A stretch of 64,000 nucleotides of DNA. Origin: an uncultured Thermoleophilia bacterium (GTDB lineage Bacteria > Actinomycetota > Thermoleophilia > UBA2241). The stretch spans positions 181,028 to 245,027 of the forward strand of contig CAVPIV010000004.1 of NCBI GenBank assembly GCA_963705085.1, read 5' to 3'. Position numbers and translations under genes: made by a program. The notes beneath the pieces were generated by a model that was given only the letters and a program-made list of their open reading frames with translations, was not told where the DNA came from and ran no database searches. Positions 8,902 through 18,187 of this stretch are shown one piece after another; positions within the stretch are counted from its first letter, which is position 1, and every line of letters starts with the position of its first letter.

Positions 8902-9052
8902 CCCAAAGCCCGACTCCGGCTCTGGCGACGCGACTTCCGGGCATCGCTTGACACGACCCTCAAACGGTCTAGAAAGGGGTTCAAAGGGCCGCGGAGCGCC
9001 CCCACGTGCTCTTCGACCTCGCGAAAGCGGATCCTGAAGGCGGATTGACTCG

Positions 9053-9559
9053 GTGGGAACCCGGTTCTCGCTGCACACGACACTCGAAGTTCCGCGCAAG
9101 GGGTGGCTGGTCCTCTACGTACCCGACAGCCTCATCGGTGGGACACGGAGACGCGTGTGGATACGGGGGACTCTGAACGGAAAGCCCTTCGCCGCGACCG
9201 CGAACCCGTGGAAGGACTCGACTCACGCCATCACGGTGAATCGCCAGATGCGGAGGAGGCTCGGCATCTCGGGCCCGATGGAAGTTGACCTCGAGGCGGA
9301 GGTGCTGGACGAGCCGGTCCTCGACGTGGAGCTTCCAGACGATCTTGTCTCGGCGATTCACGCAGACCCGGCCGCGCGCGCGACGTTCGACGCGCTGCCG
9401 CCGTCGCATCAGAAGGAGTTCGTCTTCTACTTGGACGAGGCGAAGCGCCCGTCGACCCGAGCCGAGCGCGTTCGCAGGAGTGTCGCCGTTCTGCACGCCG
9501 GCAGGCACCTGTGGGAGGATCCGTCCAAGATGCTCGCGGATGATCTGAGAGAGCTCTGA
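9053..9559 (+). CDS. DUF1905 + YdeI/OmpD-associated domain protein
   Basis: RVWIRGTLNG N-terminal domain; LPDDL...ARATFDALPPSHQKEFVFYLDEAKRPSTRAERV. Confidence 0.75.
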   Translation: MGTRFSLHTTLEVPRKGWLVLYVPDSLIGGTRRRVWIRGTLNGKPFAATANPWKDSTHAITVNRQMRRRLGISGPMEVDLEAEVLDEPVLDVELPDDLVSAIHADPAARATFDALPPSHQKEFVFYLDEAKRPSTRAERVRRSVAVLHAGRHLWEDPSKMLADDLREL

Positions 9560-9566
9560 CCGGCAG

Positions 9567-10520
9567 ATGATCCCCGCTGACGTCCTCTCGTGGCTCCTCG
9601 ACCCGGCTGACCCGTCCCTGCGCTTCCGCGTGGGCACGGAGCTCCTGGACATGCCGCCGGACGATCCGGATCTGGCGGACTGCCGGCGGGCGATCCCTTC
9701 CTCGCCGTCCGTCAGACGCATCCTGGATCTCATGCACCCTGACGGCTACTGGCTGCAGAAGAACCCGCGAACCGGACAGGTACTTGGCGATGGCGTCGAG
9801 TACGGCAGCTTCGCCACGACGCACTTCTGCCTGTCCTATCTCGCCGAACTGGGCATGGATCGCAGTGACGAGCGGGTGCGCAAGGCGGCCGAGCGCTACC
9901 TCGATCTCCAGCAGCCGGACGGGGACTGGTACAGGCACCTCTCGTGCCTGTTCGGCTTCAATATCACCACCTTCCTCCGGCTGGGCTATCGGGACGATCC
10001 GCGGCTCAACCGGTCCGTGGACCTCCTGCTCGCGTCCATCCGTCCTGACCACGGCTACCTGTGCGACCTGCACGAGAGGCCCTCACGCCGGTCCAAGAGC
10101 TGCATCCGTGGTTCAGCGAAGGCTCTGGAGGCCTTCGCCGCGCTCGGCGGCGCCTTTCGCGAGCACGAGAGCTGCCTGCGCCTCGTGGACTACTTCCTGC
10201 AACGAGACGGGATCTACCGGAGAGATGATCCCGAGCGGTTCGTCAACACCGACGTGCACACCCTCATCTTTCCGTTTCACTGGAGAGCGGGCCTGCTCGA
10301 GATCCTCCTCAGCCTCGGCAGGCTCGGCTGCGGGGAGGACGAACGCCTTCGGCGCGCATGGGACCTTCTCGAGTCCAAGGCGGATTCGCAGGGACGCTAC
10401 CCGCTGGAATGGTCACCGACGCAGTCTCCCTGGAAGGTCGGCAAGCGCGGTGAACCGAACAGATGGGTCACCTTCTACGCGTACCTCGCCAGGAAGCATG
10501 GTAAGCGCCTGGGTGACTGA
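9567..10520 (+). CDS. Prenyltransferase/squalene-cyclase-like alpha-barrel protein of unknown function
   Basis: WLLDPADPSLRFR, QQPDGDW, LIFPFHWRAGLLEIL and VGKRGEPNRWVT. Confidence 0.55.
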   Translation: MIPADVLSWLLDPADPSLRFRVGTELLDMPPDDPDLADCRRAIPSSPSVRRILDLMHPDGYWLQKNPRTGQVLGDGVEYGSFATTHFCLSYLAELGMDRSDERVRKAAERYLDLQQPDGDWYRHLSCLFGFNITTFLRLGYRDDPRLNRSVDLLLASIRPDHGYLCDLHERPSRRSKSCIRGSAKALEAFAALGGAFREHESCLRLVDYFLQRDGIYRRDDPERFVNTDVHTLIFPFHWRAGLLEILLSLGRLGCGEDERLRRAWDLLESKADSQGRYPLEWSPTQSPWKVGKRGEPNRWVTFYAYLARKHGKRLGD

Positions 10521-10588
10521 CGGGCGAATGCCCCCCTGCAAAGCGGGAAACCCGTCGATAGCCTCGACGTGATACCAGGAGATTCCCC

Positions 10589-10798
10589 ATGGAGACTGTG
10601 ACCGTCTCGCCCAAGTATCAGGTGGTCATCCCGAAGTCGATCCGCGAGCGGCTGCGGCTGGTCCCGGGCCAGAAGGTGCAGGCCATCGTGATCGGCGACC
10701 ACATCGAGCTCCTGCCCGTGCGTCCCGCCTGCGATCTGCGTGGCATCTTCCGTGGTCTCGACATCAGCGGTGGGCGTGAGGAGCACGACCGTCTGTGA
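10589..10798 (+). CDS. vapB: AbrB/MazE/SpoVT-family antitoxin (VapB)
   Basis: VTVSPKYQVVIPKSIRERLRLVPG swapped-hairpin motif; overlaps the PIN gene start. Confidence 0.88.
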   Translation: METVTVSPKYQVVIPKSIRERLRLVPGQKVQAIVIGDHIELLPVRPACDLRGIFRGLDISGGREEHDRL

Positions 10799-11067
10799 AC
10801 GTCGTCGATTCCTCAGCCTGGCTGGAGTACTTCGGTGACGGCCCCAATGCGGGCGACTTCGCACCGGCGATCGAGGATCCCGATCGTCTCGCGGTGCCCA
10901 GCCTCACCCTGGTCGAGGTCTTCAAGCGCAGCTCCCAGCTCAAGGACGAGGCCACAGCGCTGGAGGCCGTCGGCGTCATGCTCCAAGGTCGTGTGGTGGA
11001 GCTCTCGGCAAGCCTGGCCATCGACGCCGCCAGGCTCTCGCTTGAGACCGGTCTCGCCATGGCCGAC
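10795..11067 (+). pseudogene. vapC: VapC PIN toxin, truncated after ...GLAMAD
   Basis: MNVVDSSAWLEYF, LVEVFKR and LAMAD, then the frame runs into antisense ABC sequence; the last ~35 PIN residues are missing. Confidence 0.85.
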
Positions 11068-11181
11068 TTAGAGCCAGTAGATGAACACGAAGAGCGGCGC
11101 GAAGACGAGCGTGAGAACGAGCATGAGGAGGTCGCGACGCAGCTCGCGGAGGCTCTTCCCGAAGACGTGGATCAGCCTCAT
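11068..11181 (-). pseudogene. 37-codon stub of an ABC transporter permease
   Basis: MRLIHVFGKSLRELRRDLLMLVLTLVFAPLFVFIYWL-stop; start overlaps the ATPase stop (ATGA). Confidence 0.8.
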
Positions 11182-12045
11182 GAGCGGAGCCGCCTGCCGG
11201 TGAGGCTGATGAAGACGTCCTCGACCGTCGCCCGGTCCTCCAGAAAGGCGACTGCCTCGCGAGCCAGTCCCGGCTCGGCGCCGAGCTCGATCTCGACGAC
11301 GTCGCCCTCGCCGACACTGCTCTTGAGGGCGTCCGGCGTGTCCAGCACGAGCAGTCTGCCGTGGTCGATGATGGCGACCCGGTCCGCTACCCGGTCAGCC
11401 TCGTCCATGTTGTGCGTCGTGAGGATGATCGTCTTGCTGCGGGCCAGCGAGCGGATGTAGTCGCGCAGCCATGATCCGGCTCTGCGGGTCAAGACCCGCC
11501 TCGGGCTCGTCGAGCACGACGATCTCGGGATCGTGGACCAGGGCGAGGGCGAAATTGAGCCTTCTCTTCATGCCGCCAGAGAGCGCCGTCGCCAGCGCTC
11601 CCGACTTGGTCTCGAGGCCCATGTCGATCAGGAGCCGGCGGCCGCGACGCCGCGCTTCTGCTTTCGTGAGGTCGTACATCTCACCCATGAACTCGAGCTG
11701 CTCGAGGCAGGTGAGCTTCTCCCAGAGGACGACCTCCTGGGGGCAGACGCCGACGCGGCGGCGGACAGCGGCGTTGCCACCGGTGATGGGCTTGCCGCCG
11801 ACGAGCACCGTGCCGGAGTCCGGCCGGAGCAGCCCGCACAGCATCTTGATGCTCGTCGTCTTGCCGGCGCCGTTGGGACCCAGGAAGCCGAGGACCTCGC
11901 CTTCGTGGACATCGAGGGACAGGCCGTCGACCGCGAGCACCTCACCGAAGCGCTTGGTCAGAGCTTGGGCTCTGAGGACGACGGCCGGCGCGGTCCCGGT
12001 CACGTCCGGCCGGCCAGGCGCCGCTGACGGAGCGTCAACCGGCAT
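11178..12045 (-). pseudogene. ABC transporter ATP-binding protein, frameshifted near 11470
   Basis: GPNGAGKT, LSGGMKRR and VLDEPEAGLDPQSR in one frame; DYIRSLARSKTIILTTHNMDEAD continues in another. Confidence 0.88.
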
Positions 12046-12760
12046 GATCGTCTCGGCGTGTCAGGGCGGCGGCGAGGTAGTCTATCGCCGCCGCAGTCGC
12101 CGCCTCGCCTCGTACTTCGTCCGGCACCACCTGGAAGTACGAGTTCAGACGGGGAAGGAGCTGGGCGTCGCCGACGACGATAACGAGCGCGTTCGTCAGG
12201 CGAATCGCCCACTCGAGGTCCACGTCGTCGCGCAGCTCACCGCGCGCCTGGGCGGCTGTGAGGATTGCGCCGACCGTCTCCCGCATGGCGGTCGCGACCG
12301 GCGTGACGAGATCGGCCTCGAGTCCGACGTCGCCGTGATAGGCGGCATGGGCGAAGAACCGCAGCAGCCCCGTGAACATGCGACTCCACTCGATGCCGCC
12401 CGCGAAGTAGGCGGAGAGCGCATCGCGCAGGGGCAGGGCCGCCAGCATGGGGCGATACTGATCGAATGACGCCGTCAGGAAGCGGCCCGATATCAAAGCG
12501 GCGACCCTGACCATGCCGTCCCTGTCGGGGAAGTACTGGTACAGCGAGCCGACGGCGACCCCGGCACGCCGGGCGACAGTCTTGATCTGCACCGCTGCCG
12601 GCCCGCCGTTCGCGGCCTCCTGCAGGATCGCGTCGACTACCCCGAGCTGGCGGTCAGGATCCAATCGCCTGAACGTGCGCGACACGAGCCCCTGACGTTC
12701 GAGGGCGACGATCTCCGCGTGGAGAAGAGCAGCTTCTTCCGGCTCGAGCACGTGAACCAT
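12035..12760 (-). CDS. TetR/AcrR family regulator
   Basis: IKTVARRAGVAVGSLYQYFPDRD HTH; heads the ABC operon. Confidence 0.88.
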   Translation of the reverse strand: MVHVLEPEEAALLHAEIVALERQGLVSRTFRRLDPDRQLGVVDAILQEAANGGPAAVQIKTVARRAGVAVGSLYQYFPDRDGMVRVAALISGRFLTASFDQYRPMLAALPLRDALSAYFAGGIEWSRMFTGLLRFFAHAAYHGDVGLEADLVTPVATAMRETVGAILTAAQARGELRDDVDLEWAIRLTNALVIVVGDAQLLPRLNSYFQVVPDEVRGEAATAAAIDYLAAALTRRDDHAG

Positions 12761-12795
12761 GATTCACATTATATAGCAGCATGGTTCACACGCAA
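12752..12795 (-). promoter_or_regulatory. Promoter for a probably leaderless TetR transcript, with operator inverted repeats
   Basis: Minus strand TTGCGT-16-TATAAT ends 7 nt before the ATG; 10-bp IR GTGAACCATG (12752-61) / CATGGTTCAC (12780-89). Confidence 0.6.
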
Positions 12796-12986
12796 CGCAA
12801 CTCCGCCCTGGTGCGTTGTCGCGAAGCCGGAGCGTGTCTTGCCGGCGGCTCGCGCGGAATCGTCCGGTGGGTGTTTTCTCAGGTCGATGGACGCAGCCGG
12901 GTACTACGGGCTGGTCTAGCGTCGTCTGCCTCGAGTCGGGCAGAATGCCAGGAAACGATGAAAAGGCGAGTCCCTGGAGGCGCGCC

Positions 12987-13070
12987 GTGGCTGAAACAAA
13001 CTCCGGAATCCCTGTGACTGCGGACAACTTCGACCGCGCGGAGACCCACGCCGCAGAGGGTCGAACATGA
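12987..13070 (+). pseudogene. 27-aa mini-ORF resembling the N-terminus of DUF1254-family proteins
   Basis: GGAGG RBS, MAETNSGIPVTADNFDRAETH...; stop overlaps the next ATG. Confidence 0.45.
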
Positions 13071-13909
13071 CAGTAATCTCGCTCGGCAGTCTCTTCTTGC
13101 GGTTCAGGTGGCGCATTTCGCTGACGCTCACGCTGGTAGTCGTCGAGTCATTGCTGGAGGTGCTGTATCCGCTGCTCATCGGCTTCGCCATCAACGATCT
13201 GCTGGCCGGGCGCTATGACGGGCTCATTCACCTGGGTATGCTGGGCCTCGCCTCCGTGCTGATCGGCAGCGCCCGACGCTACTACGATACACGCATCTAT
13301 TCCGGCATTTACCGGCAGGTGGCCGTGGAGCTCGTAGAACGGGAGCAGGCGGCGGGCGCCAGCGTATCGCGGACGTCAGCCCACACGAACCTCCTCACCG
13401 AGTTCGTAGATTTCCTCGAAGACACAATGCCGGAGCTGATCGGCGCGCTGGTGGCGGTCGTTGGCATCCTCGCTGTCACCGCGGGGCTCTCGCTGCCGGT
13501 GTTCCTTGGCTGTCTCGCACTGTTCCTGCTGGTATTCCTGGTGTACACGATCACGGCCGGACGCAACTACCGGCTGAACGCGGGCTACAACAATCAGTTC
13601 GAAGAGGCGGTCGACGCCATCGCCTCGAGGAGGAGGGACCGGCTGACGAACCACTTCCATCGCCTCATGCAGTGGAACGTGCGCCTCTCCGATCTCGAAA
13701 CGCTGAACTACGCCGTGTTCTGGATCGGCGCAGTGGCGCTGCTGCTGTTCACGCCGTACAGCGCGGTCAGCGCCGGCGTGCTCGAATACGGGCTCGTGTT
13801 CTCGCTGCTGCTTTACGTCTTCGAGTTCATCGACTGGCTGTCGGACCTGCCGCTACACATACAACAGGCCATCCGGCTGCGGGAGATCTCGAAGCGCCTG
13901 ACCGGCTAG
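13067..13909 (+). CDS. ABC transporter six-transmembrane-domain protein (ABC_membrane_3-like), no ATPase domain
   Basis: LYPLLIGFAINDLL, RRYYDTRIYSGIY and EFVDFLEDTMPELI. Confidence 0.75.
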   Translation: MTVISLGSLFLRFRWRISLTLTLVVVESLLEVLYPLLIGFAINDLLAGRYDGLIHLGMLGLASVLIGSARRYYDTRIYSGIYRQVAVELVEREQAAGASVSRTSAHTNLLTEFVDFLEDTMPELIGALVAVVGILAVTAGLSLPVFLGCLALFLLVFLVYTITAGRNYRLNAGYNNQFEEAVDAIASRRRDRLTNHFHRLMQWNVRLSDLETLNYAVFWIGAVALLLFTPYSAVSAGVLEYGLVFSLLLYVFEFIDWLSDLPLHIQQAIRLREISKRLTG

Positions 13910-13984
13910 CGGAGGTCCATTGCTCTGGCATTCATCATCAGGCCCATCGCAGCAGCAGTCGCAGGATGAGGCCATACACGACAT

Positions 13985-14040
13985 CGAACCAAGCGTTTCA
14001 AACGACGCTTGACAGCGCGCCTGAACCAGTCGCTAGCTGT
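13985..14040 (+). repeat. Degenerate integron attC-like hairpin
   Basis: ATCGAAC-5-GTTTCAAA-cgacgcttgacagcgcg-CCTGAAC-5-GCTAGCT; size and box spacing are attC-like but the R boxes pair only 4/7. Confidence 0.3.
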
Positions 14041-14050
14041 CGGGAGAGTC

Positions 14051-14192
14051 GGCTTCCCTGACTACGAGGACGCCGTCATCACGGAGGCCGCGCGACGGAG
14101 TTGGGGCGGCGGCGATCGTCACGCGCGACGCCAAAGGCTTTGCGCGCTCCAATGCCCCCATCTTCAGTCCACCAGAGCTCCTCGCGGCCCTG
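14051..14192 (+). pseudogene. PIN-domain toxin C-terminal remnant (frameshifted)
   Basis: [16 protein letters not shown] followed by [28 protein letters not shown] in another frame. Confidence 0.7.
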
Positions 14193-14271
14193 TGGGCAGG
14201 CTCGCAGTAGGTTCGACGTGGCCCGCGTTGGATTGCGCGCTGGGCGCGGGCTGAACACAGCGGATGCCCGC

Positions 14272-14760
14272 CTACGCTCGCCCCTTGACCAGCTCTTTCG
14301 CCGCTTTGCCGGTCATGTGCTCGACCGCGATCTCGACCACGCACGTTCGCTTCAGCTGGCCCTCGATCTCGTTGTCGGCGGCGTCGAGGTAGTCCGGCGA
14401 GTACTTCCGGGCGAGGCAGCGGAGCCCGTGCCGCTTCTCGTCGTCGTCCGTGAGGACGCGCGCCCTGCCGAAGACGACGGCGCTGCGAAAGTGCGTCGTG
14501 AAGGTGCTCTGCTGGACGTCGTCCGCGGCGACGACGCAGAACGAGACCTTCTCGTTGCGCTCGATGCCGTCGAGCTTGTGGCCGGTCTGCGCGCAGTGAA
14601 AGAAGATCCTGCCGTCGTCGTAGGCGAAGCTCAAGGGGACGGCGTAGGGGTAGCCGTCGTCGCCCTGCACCGCGAGGACCCCCGAGGTGCAGGTCTGCAG
14701 CATGGCGATCGTCTCCGCCGCGGAGAGCAGCTGCCCCTTGCGTCTCATCGCTCTGAACAT
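14272..14760 (-). CDS. Pyridoxamine 5'-phosphate oxidase-like (NimA/5-nitroimidazole reductase-like) protein
   Basis: [39 protein letters not shown] and [12 protein letters not shown]. Confidence 0.8.
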   Translation of the reverse strand: MFRAMRRKGQLLSAAETIAMLQTCTSGVLAVQGDDGYPYAVPLSFAYDDGRIFFHCAQTGHKLDGIERNEKVSFCVVAADDVQQSTFTTHFRSAVVFGRARVLTDDDEKRHGLRCLARKYSPDYLDAADNEIEGQLKRTCVVEIAVEHMTGKAAKELVKGRA

Positions 14761-14952
14761 GTGTCATCTCTCTGTCGCGGTACAGGCAGGCGGACGCCCG
14801 GCGCCCAAGCGCACGAGCACGCCGGCGGCTCACATGATAGCTGGGTTGGCACATCCATCTCGCAGGTGGTCGCGTCACGTTGGGGTTGTCGAACTGATCC
14901 GCGTGGGAAGCATGTCGGCACAACCAACAGGAATCGACGGGAGGAGCGTCCT

Positions 14953-15402
14953 ATGAGCCCGGAGGACGACGCTGGGAGGTCCGGCGGATTCTCGGCAGAA
15001 GAACGAGCCGCGATGAAGGAGCGCGCACAGGAGCTGAAGGCGGAAGCGCGCCGCGGCACGCGCTCCAAGGCGGACGGCGAAAGCGATGTACTGGCGAAGA
15101 TCGCTGAGATGCCCGAGCCGGACCGGCCGATGGCCCTGCGGCTGCACGAGATCGTCAAGGCCAGCGCGCCCGTGCTGTCGCCGAAGACGTGGTACGGGAT
15201 GCCGGCCTACGCGCTCGACGGCAAGGTCGTCTGCTTCTTTCAGGGCGCGAGCAAGTTCAGCGCGAGGTACGCGACGTGGGGCTTCAACGACGTCGCGCAC
15301 CTGGACGAGGGCGACATGTGGCCGACCTCGTTCGCGGTGAAGGAGCTTACGCCCGCTGCGGAGGAGAGGATCGCCGCGCTCATCCGGAAGGCCGTGAGCT
15401 GA
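14953..15402 (+). CDS. DUF1801 (YdhG-like) protein
   Basis: [30 protein letters not shown] and [10 protein letters not shown]. Confidence 0.85.
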   Translation: MSPEDDAGRSGGFSAEERAAMKERAQELKAEARRGTRSKADGESDVLAKIAEMPEPDRPMALRLHEIVKASAPVLSPKTWYGMPAYALDGKVVCFFQGASKFSARYATWGFNDVAHLDEGDMWPTSFAVKELTPAAEERIAALIRKAVS

Positions 15403-15419
15403 TCACCGAAATCGCCATC

Positions 15420-16124
15420 GTGCCCGGCCTGTCGGCCTCTGAGCTTCTGCCGGCGGCGGTGGGGATCGCCCTCAACCCGCCGGCGGTGGTCGCCGTGATC
15501 CTGATGCTCTCGTCGTCGAGGAAGAGGGCGGTGTCGTTCGTCCTCGGGTGGATGGCGGGGCTGCTCGTCGTGGGCGCCGGCGTGCTCCTCCTCGGCGACG
15601 CGGGCCAGGCGGCAGGTTCGCCGTCCACGATCGGCCTCGTCGCCAAGCTCGCTCTGGGCCTGGCCCTTCTCGCGTTCGCGATCCGGCAGTGGCGTCGGCG
15701 GCCGTCGTCGGCCGAGGCCGATGAGGAGGCCGACGAGGCCGAGGCAGACGACGAGGAGATGCCGAAGTGGATGCGCTCGCTCGCCGGCTTCTCGCCGGGC
15801 AAGTCGTTCGTGACGGCCGCGCTCTTCGCCGCGGTGAACCCCAAGACGCTGGCGCTGAACATCGCCGGCGCCATCGTGATCGTCGAGGCCTCCCTCAGCG
15901 TTCCGGCGCAGGCGGTCGCACTCGTGCTGTTCGTCGCCGTGGCCAGCCTCACGGTCATGGCGCCGCTGCTCTATCAGCTGCTGTCGCCCGAGCGAGCCGA
16001 GCTGAGGCTCGCGTCCGCGCAGCGGTGGCTCATCGCGAACAACAAGGCGATCACTGCCACCGTGTTGCTGCTCCTCGGCATCATGCTCGTCGCCTCGGGC
16101 GTCCAGGGCCTCGTGGCGTCCTGA
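15420..16124 (+). CDS. GAP (Sap, sulfolipid-addressing) family membrane protein; start uncertain
   Basis: IALNPPAVVAVILML, FVLGWMAG, AVNPKTLALNIAG and WLIANNKAI. Confidence 0.8.
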   Translation: MPGLSASELLPAAVGIALNPPAVVAVILMLSSSRKRAVSFVLGWMAGLLVVGAGVLLLGDAGQAAGSPSTIGLVAKLALGLALLAFAIRQWRRRPSSAEADEEADEAEADDEEMPKWMRSLAGFSPGKSFVTAALFAAVNPKTLALNIAGAIVIVEASLSVPAQAVALVLFVAVASLTVMAPLLYQLLSPERAELRLASAQRWLIANNKAITATVLLLLGIMLVASGVQGLVAS

Positions 16125-16204
16125 GGATTCAGGATTCGTGTGAGGACATTTCTCAGCATGCGCCGTCGGCCGACGAAATCGCGCGCCGCGCTTGGCCGCC
16201 GTGG

Positions 16205-16315
16205 CGCGACCCCCGCCTCGCGGCGCGCATCTCCCACGCGCGCCTGATAGTCGGTTTCCGCACGCGGCTTGTGCATGAGTACCCACAGATCGACGACGAG
16301 CGGTGTACTCCATAG
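16205..16315 (+). pseudogene. HEPN/HepT (DUF86-like) toxin remnant
   Basis: RDPRLAARISHARLIVGFRTRLVHEYPQIDD: Rx4H HEPN motif with N-to-T change; no N-terminus. Confidence 0.65.
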
Positions 16316-16421
16316 CGCGGCACGACGTGCGTGTTCTGCGGCTTGAGCGCGCGGCCCTTCTCGAGCAAGCGGGGCACGCGGACTGACGTGCTCTCGGCCC
16401 GTGTCCTGGCCGTCATGGCCG

Positions 16422-17090
16422 CTACGTTGTCTCGCGCGCCCGCTCCAGCCCGTCGAGGATCAGCCCCAGACCGAACTCGAAGTCGGCGTTCTCGTCCCAG
16501 CCGACCGTCAGCATGTGGTCGGTGATGACCTCGGTGAGGTACGGGAACTCATCGGCGGGGATCGCGGCGAGGAAGGCCTCGGCCATCTCCCGGGCATCGC
16601 CTCCGCCGCCGGCCATGTTGAGCTGCTGGCGGCCGAAGCCGTAGACGTAGCTGTCGAGCGCCGAGAACGCGCGCAGGGCAAGTTCGACGGAGAAGCCCGC
16701 CCGGCGCAGCGTGCCGATCACCCATTCGAAGTAGAGGAGCCTGGCGGGTCCGCTGCTCTCGCGCGAGTCGATCAGGGCGCTCGCCCAGGGATGACGGGCG
16801 AAGACCTGGCGGGCCGAGACCGCCCTTCTGCGCATCGCCTCTCGCCAGTCGACCTCGCCAAAGGGCAGGTCGATCTCGGCGACGACGAGATCAAGCATGC
16901 CGTCGAGCACGTCGTCCTTGTTGCTCACGTGGTTGTAGAGCGACATCGCCTCGACGCCGAGCCGGCGGCCGAGCTCGCGCATCGAGAGCGCGTCGATGCC
17001 GTGCTCGTCGGCGAGCTCCAGCGCGGCGGTCAGCACCCGCTCTCGAGTGAGTGGAGCGCGTCCGGGCTTCGCTGCTGATCCTCCGTCCAC
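16422..17090 (-). CDS. TetR regulator with TetR_C-type C-terminal domain
   Basis: LTRERVLTAALELADEHGIDALSMRELGRRLGVEAMSLYNHV and FEFGLGLILDGL. Confidence 0.92.
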   Translation of the reverse strand: MDGGSAAKPGRAPLTRERVLTAALELADEHGIDALSMRELGRRLGVEAMSLYNHVSNKDDVLDGMLDLVVAEIDLPFGEVDWREAMRRRAVSARQVFARHPWASALIDSRESSGPARLLYFEWVIGTLRRAGFSVELALRAFSALDSYVYGFGRQQLNMAGGGGDAREMAEAFLAAIPADEFPYLTEVITDHMLTVGWDENADFEFGLGLILDGLERARETT

Positions 17091-17147
17091 TGGCCTCCTC
17101 CGTTGACGCGGGTTCCGCGGGTGGCGGCCGCGAGCACGATCTGGGGC

Positions 17148-17189
17148 TTGACATACTTACGCCGTAAGTAGATACTTACACCGTAAGTG
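17148..17189. promoter_or_regulatory. Promoter with tandem TetR operators CTTAC-N3-GTAAG
   Basis: TTGACA (17148-53), TACTTACGCCGTAAGTA (17154-70) and TACTTACACCGTAAGTG (17173-89). Confidence 0.8.
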
Positions 17190-17252
17190 GAGTGTATCGG
17201 GTTTGCGGCGCGCCGGCAAGGGCCACGCGTCGCCGGGCGGATTGGAGGAGCG

Positions 17253-17993
17253 ATGAAGACGATCGATCATGTCACTCTGCGTCTGCGGAAGATGGGGGGC
17301 TGGGCGGCGCTGTACCTGGCCTGCGCGTACCTGCTGGCGATGCCGTTCTTCCTGGTGGTCGTCAACTACCCCAGCGTGACGGACCCCGCCGAGAAGGTCG
17401 CGCTGCTCGCGGCCAACCAGGGCAGCATCCACGCCATGTACCTCGTCACCTATGTGGTCTTCGGCGTTGCCCTCGCCGTCCTCGCGCTTGCGCTCTACGA
17501 GCGGCTGAAGCCCGCGGCGCCGGTCATGATGCAGGTGGCAACTGCCGTGGGTCTGATGTGGGCGTTCGTCCTGATCGCGAGCGGCATGGTCTTCAACGCC
17601 GGCATGGCCGCCGCGGTCGCCCTCTACCCGGCGAGCCCAGACCAGGCGGTAGCGACCTGGCAGGCGATCGAGCCGGTAGCGCAAGGACTCGGCGGCTCCG
17701 GCGGCGAGCTCCTCGGCGGTCTTTGGGTCCTGCTCGTCAGCATCGCCGGCCTCCGCGCGGCCCAGCTTTCCAGGCCGCTCAGCTGGCTGGGCGTGGCGAT
17801 CGGTCTCGTGGGCATCCTCTCGGTGATTCCGCCGCTGAAGGACGCGGCCTACGCCTTCGGGCTGCTGCAGATCGCGTGGTTCGCTGGGCTTGGGATCACC
17901 ATGCTCCGCGCCACGGAGCGGCGCGAGCCGCTGCCCGCACCCAGCCTCGAATCCGCGCAGGCTCAGCGCACGGTGGTCCAGCAAGCGCAGTAG
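17253..17993 (+). CDS. DUF4386-family membrane protein
   Basis: About six TM helices; GELLGGLWVLLVS and QIAWFAGLG; divergent from TetR. Confidence 0.7.
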   Translation: MKTIDHVTLRLRKMGGWAALYLACAYLLAMPFFLVVVNYPSVTDPAEKVALLAANQGSIHAMYLVTYVVFGVALAVLALALYERLKPAAPVMMQVATAVGLMWAFVLIASGMVFNAGMAAAVALYPASPDQAVATWQAIEPVAQGLGGSGGELLGGLWVLLVSIAGLRAAQLSRPLSWLGVAIGLVGILSVIPPLKDAAYAFGLLQIAWFAGLGITMLRATERREPLPAPSLESAQAQRTVVQQAQ

Positions 17994-18187
17994 TCGGCGC
18001 CACCCGAAAGGCGAGCTGCCAGCCGTCCTGCAGCGTCGTCGGGGTCCCGGGGATCGCCGGCGTGACCTGAGTTGAGCCTGGCCGAAAGGCCACAGCCCAG
18101 CCAAGTCCGCCGGCGGTCCCCGCCGCATCGGGCGCAGCCGAGCAAGGGGCCGGATTCCGCGGACCATGTGTGGACTACAATCGATCC

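Noticed and set aside
8940-9050. Possible riboswitch in the leader (TTGACA, CGC-GAAA-GCG hairpin)
   Set aside because: No match to any riboswitch consensus I can recall; only one short hairpin.
517-14040. Frequent CTAG at gene and fragment borders as IS target scars
   Set aside because: Mostly C plus a TAG stop codon; no duplicated targets, terminal inverted repeats or transposase remnants seen.
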